64,000 nucleotides of DNA, taken from the NCBI RefSeq assembly GCF_964213995.1, contig NC_135816.1, positions 64,356,001-64,420,000 of the forward strand. The letters run 5' to 3'. Source of the stretch: Mustelus asterias (lineage: Eukaryota). A model generated the notes under the pieces. It was not told the origin of the DNA and made no database searches. It worked only from the letters and a program-made list of their open reading frames with translations. This document shows, piece after piece, positions 1 through 12,402 of this stretch. Positions within the stretch are counted from its first letter, which is position 1. Each line of letters begins with the position of its first letter. A program made the translations under genes and the position numbers.

Positions 1-1115
1 TTAATTGACTTGCAATAGTTCGATGACTGTTTGACGGAGTCCTTTGGTCTGATGGATTTCTTTGCAGAACAGCTTGCTGTTTTAAAAACAGGCAATAAAC
101 ATGGCTCTCTGACCATGTGATCTGTTACAAGTCCAAAGTAGTTTTCTGGGTGGACACGTCGATTATATATTCTGCTTGATGGGTTTCACACTTATGAAAC
201 TTTGAGGCAGTGAGTGTCTTTATATCTGAATGACCCATTTAATTTGAAACTATCCTTTTGAATTAATTTCGGGGAAAAGGCACTTGAGTCAACATCAGTC
301 TGGAAAGTTCCTTTTGTTTTTTCTTGATGGGAGGGTTTCAATCAACAAGAGAAGTCAGATAACCTTTGGATGCCATATCTTGTAGTATTTTGTGTTTTTT
401 TAAAGTATAACTGAAAGTCCATAATATACTGAACTTGGTTTGGAACGACAATTGGTTAACAAATCTATCCCTCGTGGTTTGTGAATGGAGTTAAGGAAAT
501 TGAATCCTATTTTGATTTCCTCCTTCATGCTACATATCTTCAAGATCTTTTGTTGTGAAATGGTTTGGTGTGAAATTTGATCTCCAGAACATTGGAAAGA
601 GTCTTGTGCTCCCACATCATTTAAAACAATTTGACTTACTCAGTGGGCTTAATAGAACTGTCGTTTTGCCAAAGTCTAGGTAAAAATTTGTGAAATCAGA
701 TCCAATCAGAGTAGAATTTAGGCTATTCGGTCAATTCTAGTTCTGTTTGGCAAGCAGCAATGGTTGCCTGCAATCACCTTATAAAAGTGTGGATAACTGA
801 ATTTCTGGAGGTCTTGACATTTCCTGTAATTTATCAATGAAATAATTAGTTTGTCTTTATTCATTGACGATATGGAGAGAATATTTAAGCTGTGAGGAAT
901 ATGGTTCAAGATGAATTTGCCTTTCTCCTAATGGTGAAATATAATGCAAATACTTTTTGAAATCTATGCTTCTATAGTTTTACTTTATTATCACACAATA
1001 CTATTAGCGCTGGGGAGCCATCAAGCTTGTGAATTACTTCTTCATGTTGGTATTGCAAATTGTTATTTTAAGTTCTGTTGATATGTTTCTCAATGTTCTT
1101 TTTCTTCCTTTATAG

Positions 1116-1177
1116 GAATGGAACCAGCACAAAAATAGTACAACACACATACGGCTTTGTGACCTCCTTGTGGAAAT
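1116..1177 (+). CDS. MATR3: Matrin-3-like exon, C-terminal half of zinc finger 1 (EWNQHKNSTTHIRLCDLLVE)
   Basis: tttatag acceptor, gtatgg donor; 62 nt, phase 0 to 2; matches MATR3 [20 protein letters not shown]. Confidence 0.9.
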
Positions 1178-1544
1178 GTATGGAGCATTTTGTTTGCTAA
1201 TGATGTTTTACAGCATAGTTTTACTAACTTAAGCACATTAATCAACCACATTATTGTTGTATTATGTGGTTAGTTAATTATACTTGGTTACTTATAGAAA
1301 TATAAAATAAGGGTTTGTTGGAAACCGTTAGTGGTAAACATTTTCCATTGGGGTGGAAAACCTTTTATTTTATCAAAGGCCACTCAGATGTAGGCAAAAG
1401 CAGTTGCAGGCCCCACAAACGCATGAAAACCAACTTAATGTATTTTAGATAGAAAAGTGTTACAACTCGCCCACTGCTTTAATGTGATGGTTGTTTGCTT
1501 TTCCTTGATGAGTAGCAACTGAATTCTGAATTTCAACTCTATCC

Positions 1545-1640
1545 TTTGCTTTTTTCCTTTTCCATTCTCTCTCTCTCTGTCTATCTCTCTTCTTTCCCAT
1601 CTGATCTGTTTGTCTCCTCTCTGTCTGTCGTCTCCCTCCT
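1545..1640. repeat. CT-rich microsatellite / polypyrimidine stretch
   Basis: Imperfect (CT)n/(CTGT)n. Confidence 0.7.
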
Positions 1641-2251
1641 CGGCCATTTTGCAATCTCACTCCCAACTAGGGCAGACTCAACCCAAGGCTTTAGCCAACT
1701 TCCAGTCTGAGGCTGCCCCTGAACTTGGAGCCTGGGACTCTACCTCAATTTTCAGGGGTTGAGCCCCGATCTTTGGGCATCAGTGGATCTGGGGTGGGTG
1801 GAGAGGGATATTGTCTGGGTTACTCGCTCTTGCCCACCAAGCTTCCTGTTCCCTGTTCCTGGATCTCAGACTTTGCTCTTTCCCCTGAACCTCGGCCTCA
1901 GATCACTGCAGCCAAGGTTCAGATATCAGAACATGGCAGTAGCTGGCCCAGAGTGTAGCATTTGGGGTGGAACCAGATTTTGAAATCTCCCTGCAGGCCG
2001 GATAAAAAGTGTAATGGGCCAGATTGGTCCCTGGGCCAGTAGTCTCCCTCATGATGATTCAAGACATTATCCTATGGTCATGATGTATTCTTCTGCAGCT
2101 GAATGACTCTTTGAAGATGTAAATTTGAGATGTATGCCAAATATACTTGTATTTGCAGTAGCCAGCTGTTCATTTCTGATAAAATTGTTTGTGATTACTA
2201 TCAATGAAATAAAGGGGACTTTGTTGTGATTTAAAATGTCTTCATTTCTAG

Positions 2252-2290
2252 ATATCCAGAATGGAACCCAGATGCCTTCCCACCCCAAAT
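2252..2290 (+). CDS. MATR3: Matrin-3-like exon (IYPEWNPDAFPPQM)
   Basis: ttctag / gtaagt; 39 nt, phase 2 to 2; YPEWNPD motif. Confidence 0.9.
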
Positions 2291-3792
2291 GTAAGTGTCC
2301 ACGCCATGCATAGACAAATGTTGTTTAAATATTTGTTTTAGTAACTTTGTTTTCTTGAAGGTACTGTGGGAAAGGTGCTTTTTGACTTTCCTAGGTCCTG
2401 TGTTTATATATTGTAAGCCTTCATCGTCTTTAAGGTATAACTAAATAAATTAATGCACTATAATTGGGCTCAAGGATATTTATTTCCAGTTAGCATTGAG
2501 AGAATTTCTAAGGCTCAATATTATCAAGCCATGCCATCAATACAAAGTATGATAGTTGGGATGACGTCTCATGCAGTGTTGGTGATGGCATTTTTTCTGA
2601 GCATTAGAGAGTAATTGTTTGATGTTTCATGGTTTAAGTGGGGTGTGAAGTATAAGTATTGCATTATCTGTATATTCTGAGTGCAACAGCGTCATTAGCC
2701 CTATTTCACATTTTGATCCCTTGCATATCCTATAATTGCTGCTCGATAAATTACACTGGACCAACGTCCAAGGAACCTACTGTGTTGCTTTTCTGTCTAT
2801 CATTTGTATTCAACAGGGACCATTGTGAGGAAAATTGCAGTGTTCTGTTTATGTTCTGTTTTATTTCTGCAATGTAAACTAAAACTGTTTGGAGAAAGCC
2901 TCTCATCAAGTAATATTTATCAAAGCAATAAAATTAATCATAATCGAATAATTTGAAGCTAGCGTCAATGAACAAATGTTTTGGTTTGCAATAGGGCTAT
3001 AAACTCCTTGACAGGACAGAGCTCAACAATGAAACAAAGTCTACTAAGGAAAATACATCTCCTTTTGCACATGTACTCATGACTTCATGGACTAATATGT
3101 AAAAGGTTATTTCAGAAATGACATATAAACCACTATATTAAGCAGGTTTAATTATTTGGTGTGACTAACATTTATTATGAACAGTTCCTTTTGCACAATT
3201 TAAAAGAATGGGAATGTTAGATTGCATACTGCAATATGGTCTTTTAACAGCAGTAACCAAAAGTAGTTTAACCTATTAAAGTTTGCACTTATTTGCACAT
3301 TTATGTGTATCATATTTTCTGTGTAAATTCGGAATTGAGTACACTTTGCCTATCAACACTTGAGTGCTTCATAAAACTACTTTTAATTCTGTTTGGAGAA
3401 TTTTCAAGGAGTAGGTTCCTGTCAAAGCTTAGACAAGGCACTATTTCCAAAATTTTCAAAATCTATCGACCTTAATAATAGCATTTGAGTCCATAATTTT
3501 TGCTACCTGAAATCAGTGGTTCCTGGTCCTTTTATTTTGCACAAGAAGACAGCTGAATTGTTTTATGACACCTTCCTTAATCATCCTTTTGAGCCACTGT
3601 CATCGCTCCACCTTGTTTCAATATAACCAATTAAAAAACTCATATATTGCATATAAGTAACAGATATGCAACACTTTTAGTTTCAATCAATTATTTTTGC
3701 CTTTGAATTAATGTTATGAAACCATTTTGCTTATCCATCATAATTTCTGGTGTGTGTCTGAAGTTTGCTTGAAGTTTCTTCCTTGCTTCCAG

Positions 3793-3902
3793 GGCCGATC
3801 CGCTGGTTTTACAGTCAACCAACCTGGCTCCAGGTATCCTGGGTCCTCCACCATCTGGATCCTTTCTTGCATCCGGCAACAGAGGAATGGAATCCCATGG
3901 GG
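3793..3902 (+). CDS. MATR3: Matrin-3-like exon (ADPLVLQSTNLAPGILGPPPSGSFLASGNRGMESHG)
   Basis: cttccag / gtaatg; 110 nt, phase 2 to 1; contains GILGPPP, the PTB-interacting motif of matrin-3. Confidence 0.9.
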
Positions 3903-4435
3903 GTAATGATCATCCATCAATCGTTTTATTACATTTTAAAGTTAATGGGGAGAGTGTAATTTTCAGCATTGTGCTCAGTGCTGAAAACTAATGTATTTTG
4001 CGGTCTCTAAGTAATTAATCTGTGGCTGGAATCTTAATTTGCATTGCAGTCGGCAGTGGGACTGTGTAAGTAAACAAATGCAATTGTTAAATGCTGTTAG
4101 GATTACTTATTTTGATTAAAATTGTGCTTTGTGTTCAGATTTAAAATGTGCCGAATCATACGTAAAGTACAAATATCAGACCATTGATACAACACACAGG
4201 TATTGTAATAATAATTGGACAGAAAGCAAATGTTGAATACAATCCAATATATTAGGAATTCATAAAACAGAAAAATAAAGAAAATAAAATTAAGGGTAAA
4301 GTTGCATATGACAAATCTCCATGACTACCTCTTTAGGATGTTTGAAGGGAGAACATGTCAGGGCATTAATACTGCCATTTCCTCAGCAGTGGAAGATGAT
4401 CTTTGGCAATCATAAACTTTCACACCCTTGCATGA

Positions 4436-4640
4436 GGGCGGCAGAGTGGTTAGCACTGCTGCCTCACGGCACCAGGGACCCGGGTTCGACCCTGGCCTTA
4501 GGTGACTGTGGAGTTTGCATGTTCTCCCCAGTATCTGTGTGGGGTTTCCTCTGGGTGCTCTGGTTTCCTCCCACAGTCCAAAGATGTCCAAGTTCGGTGG
4601 ATTGGCCTTGCTAAATTGTCTGTTAGTGTTCAAAGATTTG
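4436..4640 (+). mobile_element. tRNA-derived V-SINE (HE1-like), 3'-truncated
   Basis: GGGCGGC..GTGGTTAGCACTG A box, GGTTCGA B box, V-domain TGTGGAGTTTGCATGTTCTCCC. Confidence 0.85.
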
Positions 4641-7114
4641 TCCATCTAAGTGGATTATCTGTGCCTCTACCCCCCACCCCTTCCAACAGTCAGTGCTGGC
4701 ACCCACTTCCCCTCTAAAAATCTGGCCCTTTTTCCCCCCATCCACACAGCCATCACTGGCATTCCCAGCTCCCATGTCTACTCCCACCCACCACCACATG
4801 TAAATAATTCACCCCCTCCCCATCCCACCCATGAGGCTCCCACTGGGGTCCACCCATGGCATTTCCCCCAGCGCAGGTTGGCACTGGCATGGTGCAAACT
4901 GCCACGCCAGCGCAGTTTGAGAATCAGGACCCAGATTAGTCATCTAAAACATCTGGAAGATCTCTGCATTAACTTCAACACAAGGATAAGGTTGAGTTGC
5001 ATGAACACAGGTGAGCGAGTTTTAATTTGCAGAGTACAATATTGTCATATTGTTGCTATTTCTTGACATGTTGCTTGCAGAAGCAGGTAAGCAGCAACAC
5101 ATATATATGTATATATTCCCCGTCTTTGATTTTCTAAATCACGATGCATCAACCTCTATGCCTGTTCAGTCTTGACTGGATGAGGTAACCAATCTCCAAT
5201 TATGATCCAACCTCAGGCTTAAATGGCAAGTAGCAAAGATGCCATACTGGACATTGTAGATGCATCTGCCAGCTAGTTGACAGTAGCTTGCTCAATAATA
5301 TCCATGTATATCTGATTAGAGTCTCGTGAAAGGGGTGAAACAGGCCCACTGCATAAGAAGCTAAACTTGCAGAAATACTCGAGATTTTCAAAATTTGTTA
5401 GCAAGCACTGTAGGTTAATTTTGTTCACAAACCATTAATCCAGATTTGAGGATTTGTAGAATTGTCTAATGATCCTCCTCCTCTTGGCTATGTTTTGAGT
5501 TGTTCCCTCGGAAACTCAATGAAAGATTGTTGGGATGCAGGACTTGGGTTGTTAATCTAGAACAATAATCTCTCCTCAGATTCGGGCCTGAGTGGCTTTT
5601 AAACATACAAAGTTTTAATATACATTGATTATTGACAATATTGATTTTCTGTAACTATTCTACAGTTTATATTGAATGGGAAGCAATTAATACCTGCTTA
5701 TCTTTCCACAAAGTCTAGTCCTACTTTCTCAGACTTGTTATCTTTCATAGATGACTTCCAGTTACCCCAACAGTGCTCTATCCTTCAAGAAAAATGAGTC
5801 CTGTTGTTCTTCTACTTTGCTACTTACGGCATCTGTACACAACACGTGTGTAGGTGCAAGATTGCGAAGGCTATGTTTAATTGTTTACCAGCTTCTCATA
5901 TTTTGACCTTCATCTTTTGTTCTAGAGGTTTTTTTTAAGTTGTTGGAATGAGTAAGCCAAGTGGCTTTGCAGTTTTTTCATATGTGATATCTTCGCAACT
6001 GCCCCTTTATTTAAGCAGGGCCTGCCTCCTGAACTAGGTATAAATCATTCTTTGTCTTTGAGTTTCTAAGCTGCCTTTGTTCATGCATTTTCCCATTCCT
6101 CCGCATTTCTTTTCTAGCTAAAATGTTACTGATAAGCTGGGATACTTTGATCAATTGAAATCATTTTAAGATATCCTAACAGGGAGTATGTCAAGGCAAT
6201 GCTGAAGAGTTTTAAGAGACAGTCAACTGATGATCCTGTGGATGGGGTTAATATTAGCTATTAGCTAAATAAGCTATTAAAATTCATATCAATGAAAAAA
6301 AAGTCATTTGAAGCAAACCTAAATTAAGCCAAATGAGCAAGGATCTGCTCCAATCTTTATCCATATCCAGAAATTGAGAACGCTATTGGTTGACTTCAGT
6401 TGGCATAAAAGTTCACATTTAGTTCAGAGAAGTCCCACAGAGATTGTCTCAAGTTAGTATGTGAACTTGCAATGGAACATACTGTTACTTAATCTGATCT
6501 CAGTGCTGAAGGCCTTCATTAAAAATCAAACTGTGCTGTCGCCTTTCTGCGACTCAGCAGCACAGACAACTGATAAGGTTACCCTCAATACATGAAATAG
6601 GGGAGAACTTTATAATCTGTTGGGTTTGGCGGGGGTGGTGGGTACCCTATAGAAAATCTGTCCTTCCTGTGAAGTGAGGGTGGGGGAGGTGGCTGCTCCT
6701 TATTTTGAACCAAAAAGGCAAACTTACTGCAATTAAGTGTTTGAGAATGCCCTGTGAATCCGCCAGGAGATAACGTGAAGGGTGTGGCCGTCCTAGTTTC
6801 ATCAGGTTCATAGTGCTTCTTCATGTTTATGTAGCTATTTTTGTTGAGTTCTTTGTTATAATGTATTGTGGACTCTTGATAAGTTTAGCGCCTCTGAGGT
6901 CAACTTTATATAACAGTTCAAAGCTTTGATAAATTAATCTAATTTTTGATTGTCCATAATTTTCAGCCAAGCTGGTGATATTGCGCCGCAATGTTTAATA
7001 AAAACATTCGTTGGGAAGTGAAAATAAAAGAAGACAAAGGGAAAAAAGAAATGCAAAATACTTGAATTTGAAATCTTTTGGGAGTGACGTTGTTTAATTC
7101 TTTCTCTATTTTAG

Positions 7115-7188
7115 CATCAAGTCGCAAAGGTCCTATGGATAACCAGCAAGGGAACAATGTTCAGAGGCTAAAGAAGCCACTTAGAATG
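7115..7188 (+). CDS. MATR3: Matrin-3-like linker exon (ASSRKGPMDNQQGNNVQRLKKPLRM)
   Basis: ttctctattttag / gttagt; 74 nt, phase 1 to 0, which bridges the phases of the flanking exons; low sequence conservation. Confidence 0.72.
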
Positions 7189-8110
7189 GTTAGTGTTTCA
7201 TTCTCTTGTAAGATTCTTAAATGAAAGTTACGAATTGCCCTGAATAGAATCTAGTTTCCGAGAAGCTAGTTAATGATTTGATGAGGGATTTGGCTGTATT
7301 TTCAGTACCATTAGTTAATCTGCGTAGTGAGGTGGGTGTGGGGGCCACTGCAGTGGTGTTGGATATAATCAACACACTTGAATATCAGTAGTTATCCATG
7401 TGATCAGCACCCTACCTTGAAATATGTTTGTGGTTGAAATCCTCAGCATGTGTATGAGATGAAGAAAGATCAAGCAGTGAGTCACAAGTACTCTCCTGTA
7501 CCTGTTTGAGCATAAATATAGAACATATATAAATATAGAGATCTATGCAGCTTTCTGATACTCTTATCGCCACAAACTTGTGCCTGCAATATGAAGGATC
7601 CTGGAATGGTGGCGTGCCAGTTAGTGTCCACTCAAATTAACTTTTGCATGCATCAAAGAATACTTCTTAATTTAGTATCATAATTTTACAGTGATCATTC
7701 TTTATACTTTGTGAAAAATGTGGAAATTATGATTAGACTTCTGTGAACAAATATCTGTTTTGGACAAGTTAATGTATAACTGTGTAACTAGGTAGCTACA
7801 ATCAATACTGCTATACCTGCTGTTCAGCGTTTTGATATATTTATAGGTGAGATTTTCCCAATTTGCATGCTTATTGAGGTCAAGGTTATATTTGCTTAAG
7901 GATTCCATTATTTTAAGTAACATCTCTGAACAACATCAGGAAGCCATTAGATAATACCAGTTTCCTTGGACTGATAACTAATATACGTTGTTCAGAGGGT
8001 TTTGGAGAAAGAAAGAGAAAATATGCCAAGAATTTATTTTTCAAGGGGGATATATTTTTAAATTTCATTTCCACGAACCATTGGACATCAGCAAAATATT
8101 AAAGAAGAAT

Positions 8111-8430
8111 GGGCGGCATGGTGGCACAGTGGTTAGCACTGCTGTCTCACGGCACCAGGGACCCGGGTTCTATTCCAGCCTCTGGTGACTGTCTTTGTGG
8201 AGTTTGCGCATTCTCCCGATGTCTGTGTGGGTTGCCTCTAGGTGCTCCGGTTTCTTCCCACGTTCTAAAGATGCGCAGGTTAGGTGGATTGGCCATGCTA
8301 AATTGCCGCTTAGTGGCAGGAGCATTAGCAAGGTAAATATGTGGGGTTATGGGGATAGAGCCTGGGTGGGATTGTTGTTGGTGCAGACACAATGGGCCGA
8401 ATAGCCTCCTGCACTGTAGGGATTCTGTGA
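8111..8430 (+). mobile_element. tRNA-derived V-SINE (HE1-like), full length
   Basis: A/B boxes, V-domain, CR1-like tail ...GCACTGTAGGGATTCT. Confidence 0.9.
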
Positions 8431-8955
8431 ACCCTTTACTCAACCACATTAAATTGATCAAAACTAGAAGAATTCTGATATCTGAGTAATGATTTTTGTT
8501 CAATATTGAATTGAAAGAGCATAAAATAGAAAATATTGGTACCATTTTATTCTTTTGCTCTTTATGATTAAAAATCTACTTCCTGTATGTCTGATATGAC
8601 AGGATGCACTTTTTACTGTAACATTGCCCAGGCATCACTGTGTGCCTGAGCAGTATGTTGCACATGAAGAATACTGTGTCGTTTAAACTTGCTTTGCATT
8701 AGGAAGCACAGTGTGATCTGAGCAGCACATTGCAGGTATGGATTTGAGTGATGGGAGCAATAATTGTCACTGTGTGACCATACCTGTAATACAGTGTACC
8801 TTGGGAGTTCTACATTGACTGAGCACACCGTTGCAACCAGAGGCCATTACCTGACCTAGTCAGTTTGGTGCATTTGGAACAGTATATAATTTAATGTTAC
8901 AATGCACTCGAGCTTAATAAATGTCTTTTGCTGCTCGTCCTTTCTTGTATCTTAG

Positions 8956-9093
8956 AACTTGAACGATGAACCTGGCCGAGTAGTTCACATTAGCGAGTTG
9001 CAGCGAGGTAAATGTATGAATCGTGACCTGATCAAGCTGGCTGAACCTTTTGGGAAGGTGACAAACTACTTGCTGATAAAGTCAAAGGGTGAG
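8956..9093 (+). CDS. MATR3: Matrin-3-like exon, RRM1 first half (NLNDEPGRVVHISELQRGK...AEPFGKVTNYLLIKSKGE)
   Basis: cttag / gtaaga; 138 nt, phase 0; RVVH/QRGK/EPFG motifs. Confidence 0.92.
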
Positions 9094-9819
9094 GTAAGAA
9101 TCAGCCATGGCTAAACTTATTCTGTTGCATTGTGTTGAAGCCTGTGGAAATTTCATAATCATTCCAGATTCCTGGATATATTTATAAGTTGTGTCATGAT
9201 GGCCAGAAAGGACAGATTCCCTTAAAGAAAGTTTGATAATTATGATAGAAAATGTTGGTGGTGAGAAAAGGCTGGTCAGCTAATTGAAGCTCAGCCTTCC
9301 AGTGTGTTCTTTTTCTTATTTAAGGGATGGGGACTTTCGCTGGCTAGGCCAGCATTTATTGCCAGTCCCTAATAGTTCTTGAGTTGCGAGTTGCATCTTG
9401 AACTGCTGCAGTCCATGTGGTGTAGGTATTGTACTATTAGGGAGGGAGTTCCAGGATTTTGACCCAGTGACAGTGAAGGAATGGTGATATATATTTCCAG
9501 CTTACCCGACCAATCACTTAAACTCTCTTGACTCCATCTTAGCTGTTGTTCTACTGGCGAGCCTAACCTTCATTTATTGTTATGCTTTCCCCTTATCTAA
9601 ACCATTTAATATTTTGCAAACTTCAGGGAGATCTTTTGTTAATTTTTCTTTATCATCGTTTTCCTGCCCCCTCATCAATATGTATATTTTCCTTTTGAAG
9701 TATGGAATGTAGTTCTCAAAAGTATGGCCTCATCAATTAACCTCTAAATTTTTCTGTACTGTTCTGATGGTTGTTCCAATATTCTGTTTTTGCTGGGGAA
9801 AAAATATTTTTTTGTTGAA

Positions 9820-11590
9820 GTTTTTTGTTTTACACTCATCTGGGCACTTGCAAGAATACCAAATGTAATGGGAACAATAACTTATACCATATGAGAAGAG
9901 TGCTATTGGTTTGCAGGTGGACTCTGATTAGTAGAGGTGTTGCCAGAGAGAATGCGCCAGTTGATAGTCACTGACAGTTAACTACCGTGCTAGAGAACCC
10001 CCTGGTAGATTTCACAACCAGTACATTAAAGAAATGGAGTTCATATGACAGCTCCATTTCCAAGGCGAAATTGTGCAGGATGGAGACTATTAAACCATCC
10101 AAGGAAATTATTACAGGCAACTGCAGATTTCAATGTAGCAGATGTATCATCCACATATCGTAAATATGCAAGGGATAGGAGTTGGGTGTCATTCCATCAA
10201 AGGCACGTTCCTCATGAAATCTAATAAAGATGTTTGCAAGAGATGGGCCTGGAGGGATCCCATGGCAACACGATCTGCATGGGCATACATTGCGTTGTTA
10301 AAACTGAACTCAACTGCGTGAGCTGCAAAGTTCATAAGTTCGATGAATACTGATTCATGTAATGATGGCGGGTCTGGATCACCATGATACAGTGCTATAG
10401 TGCAAATATTTATGTTCTTAAATAGAACATTGTTGAATAGGCTAGCAATGTTAAACAAGCATAGGGATGCATCGTTGCTATTGATCTGCAAGTCCTGTGT
10501 GGTCTTTGCAAATGTGAAGGAATTCTTCACTGTGTATGTGGGAAAACGTGCTCAAAACTGGTTGTAACAAGTCACCCAACCATTTGGACAGTTCATGTTG
10601 TGCAAAATCAGTAATTGATAAAATAGGGCATAACGGGTCATGACTCTTGTGCATCTTGGGTGGCCCATACATACGTCTACACAGTGATTCATGAGCACGC
10701 ACCCTGTCATCTATATCACACGGCAGCTTATGGCTGTTACACAAGCCCACTAAGTGGTTTTTATTAGCTTACTTACGAGCAAGGTCATGTTGAGCAGCAA
10801 GTCCAATGGATGCAAATTTAGACCATAATTAAGAATGGCATGCATTTTGTTGATATAGTCATGCTTGTTATGGATGATTATTCCCATTCTTTTGTCAAGT
10901 TTACAGCTGTGTATGTCCCGGTTGGTCTCTAGGCTGTAAGACACTTGCGTTGCATGTGAAAATCAGACAGGCCATTCAGAATCATGTAATATGCGCTATC
11001 AAACAGCTTGCCCGATACTCTGCAGGATACACACCATACCCAACCAGCATGTGCTTGCAATTATGTGAGACTGATAGCACAGTTTCCAACATGAGATGTA
11101 ATTCCGCGATTGGATAACATTTGCTACATAATCCTCAGTGTGCTCAGAATTATGGTGATAACCAATTTAAGATTGTCTGCCAGGCTTGCAGTATGGGCCA
11201 TTTGCGTGTACTGGGAGTTACGTATATGAATATGCAGGACCCCGTTCTTTGCAGACAGAAAGAACATGCATACATTGTGCCTATTTCAGCTAATCAAAAT
11301 AACTGGCAGCCATTTGCTGGTTCATTCCACAGGGCAATGCCTTGACCAATCAAAGTCAAGCTACTTGGTTTAAAATTCAAACAATGCTTAGCAGTTAACT
11401 GTCAGGCACCATCAACTGGTGGATTGGCCATGGCAATGCCACTATCAATCAGAGCACACCTGCCAACCAGTCTGTCTTCCTTCTCATATAGTATAAATTG
11501 TCATTCCCTTTACATTTGGTATTCTTCCAAATTGTCCTGATGAGTGCAAGATGAAAAACTTTGACAAAAAAGTCTCCCTTTTCAGCAATC
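9820..11590. mobile_element. Decayed Penelope-like element with inverted terminal repeats
   Basis: RT remnants on - (10189-10944; RMYGPPKMHK, VAMGS); GIY-YIG C-terminal remnant on + (about 11110-11290); 9829-9984 is an imperfect inverted copy of about 11393-11550; hammerhead-like CTGATGA..GAAA at 11537-11556. Confidence 0.75.
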
Positions 11591-11876
11591 ACAATTCTGT
11601 GCTACCAAACGAGTATTCTGTTGTTTTACAGTTGTTTCACTAAGTTGTTTCAACATTAGAACTGATGGTCTGCTGTCACATAACTGAAATTTCTCTGTGC
11701 TAGTTCCATCCCTCAGTCTGTAATTGTGTTGTTCTTCCCCCTGCCCCTTCTCCCACTGTACATCGCTTGCTTGCCATCAGGTTTGAATATCCATATTTGG
11801 AGCTGGTCATACAAAAAAAATTACAGGTGATTGTCAAGATCTATTTGCATTCAACATTTTATATTTTTAATTATAG

Positions 11877-12008
11877 GGATTTGTGGAATTGGCATATCCT
11901 GAAGCGGCTCAAGCCATGGTGAAGTTTTACCAGATGAAACCTACCTTTGTCGATGGCAATGTCATCAGAGTAGAACTCTCTCAGAAATATAAAAAATTGA
12001 CCATAAAG
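11877..12008 (+). CDS. MATR3: Matrin-3-like exon, RRM1 second half (GFVELAYPEAAQAMVKFY...ELSQKYKKLTIK)
   Basis: ttatag / gtattt; 132 nt, phase 0. Confidence 0.92.
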
Positions 12009-12030
12009 GTATTTTATTTAATGTGGGATG

Positions 12031-12219
12031 TGTTATGTTTTGGGCATTTGACCTCTTCTACAGAAGAAAAGAATAGGTAGCCACCCCTTGGATTAGTGTG
12101 TGGCTTTATAACAGTCTAAGATGGAAGAGAGAGAGAGAACCCTGAGAGTGCCTGCGGTGATATCACAGTATGTCATGTGACGAATTATACAGAGATGCAT
12201 TGCTTCACAATACATAACA
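12031..12219 (-). repeat. Putative 3' LTR of the Gypsy element (189 bp)
   Basis: TGTTATGT...ACATAACA terminal inverted repeat, immediately preceded on - by the polypurine tract AGAGGGAGAGA. Confidence 0.65.
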
Positions 12220-12402
12220 TCTCTCCCTCTTTGCTTCAGTAGTACAACGACAAGCTTTTAAACTTTAATGATTATCCACATCAGTTGCGTTACCAAGTAG
12301 TATAATCTATATAAGAACATAAGAAATAGGAGCAGGAGTAGGCCATCTAGCCCCTCGAGCCTGCCCCGCCATTCAATAAGATCATGGCTGATCTGACGTG
12401 GA

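Noticed and set aside
2050-2105. C/D box snoRNA (ATGATGA ... CTGA)
   Set aside because: Only about 50 nt between the boxes, with no convincing terminal stem or recognisable rRNA complementarity.
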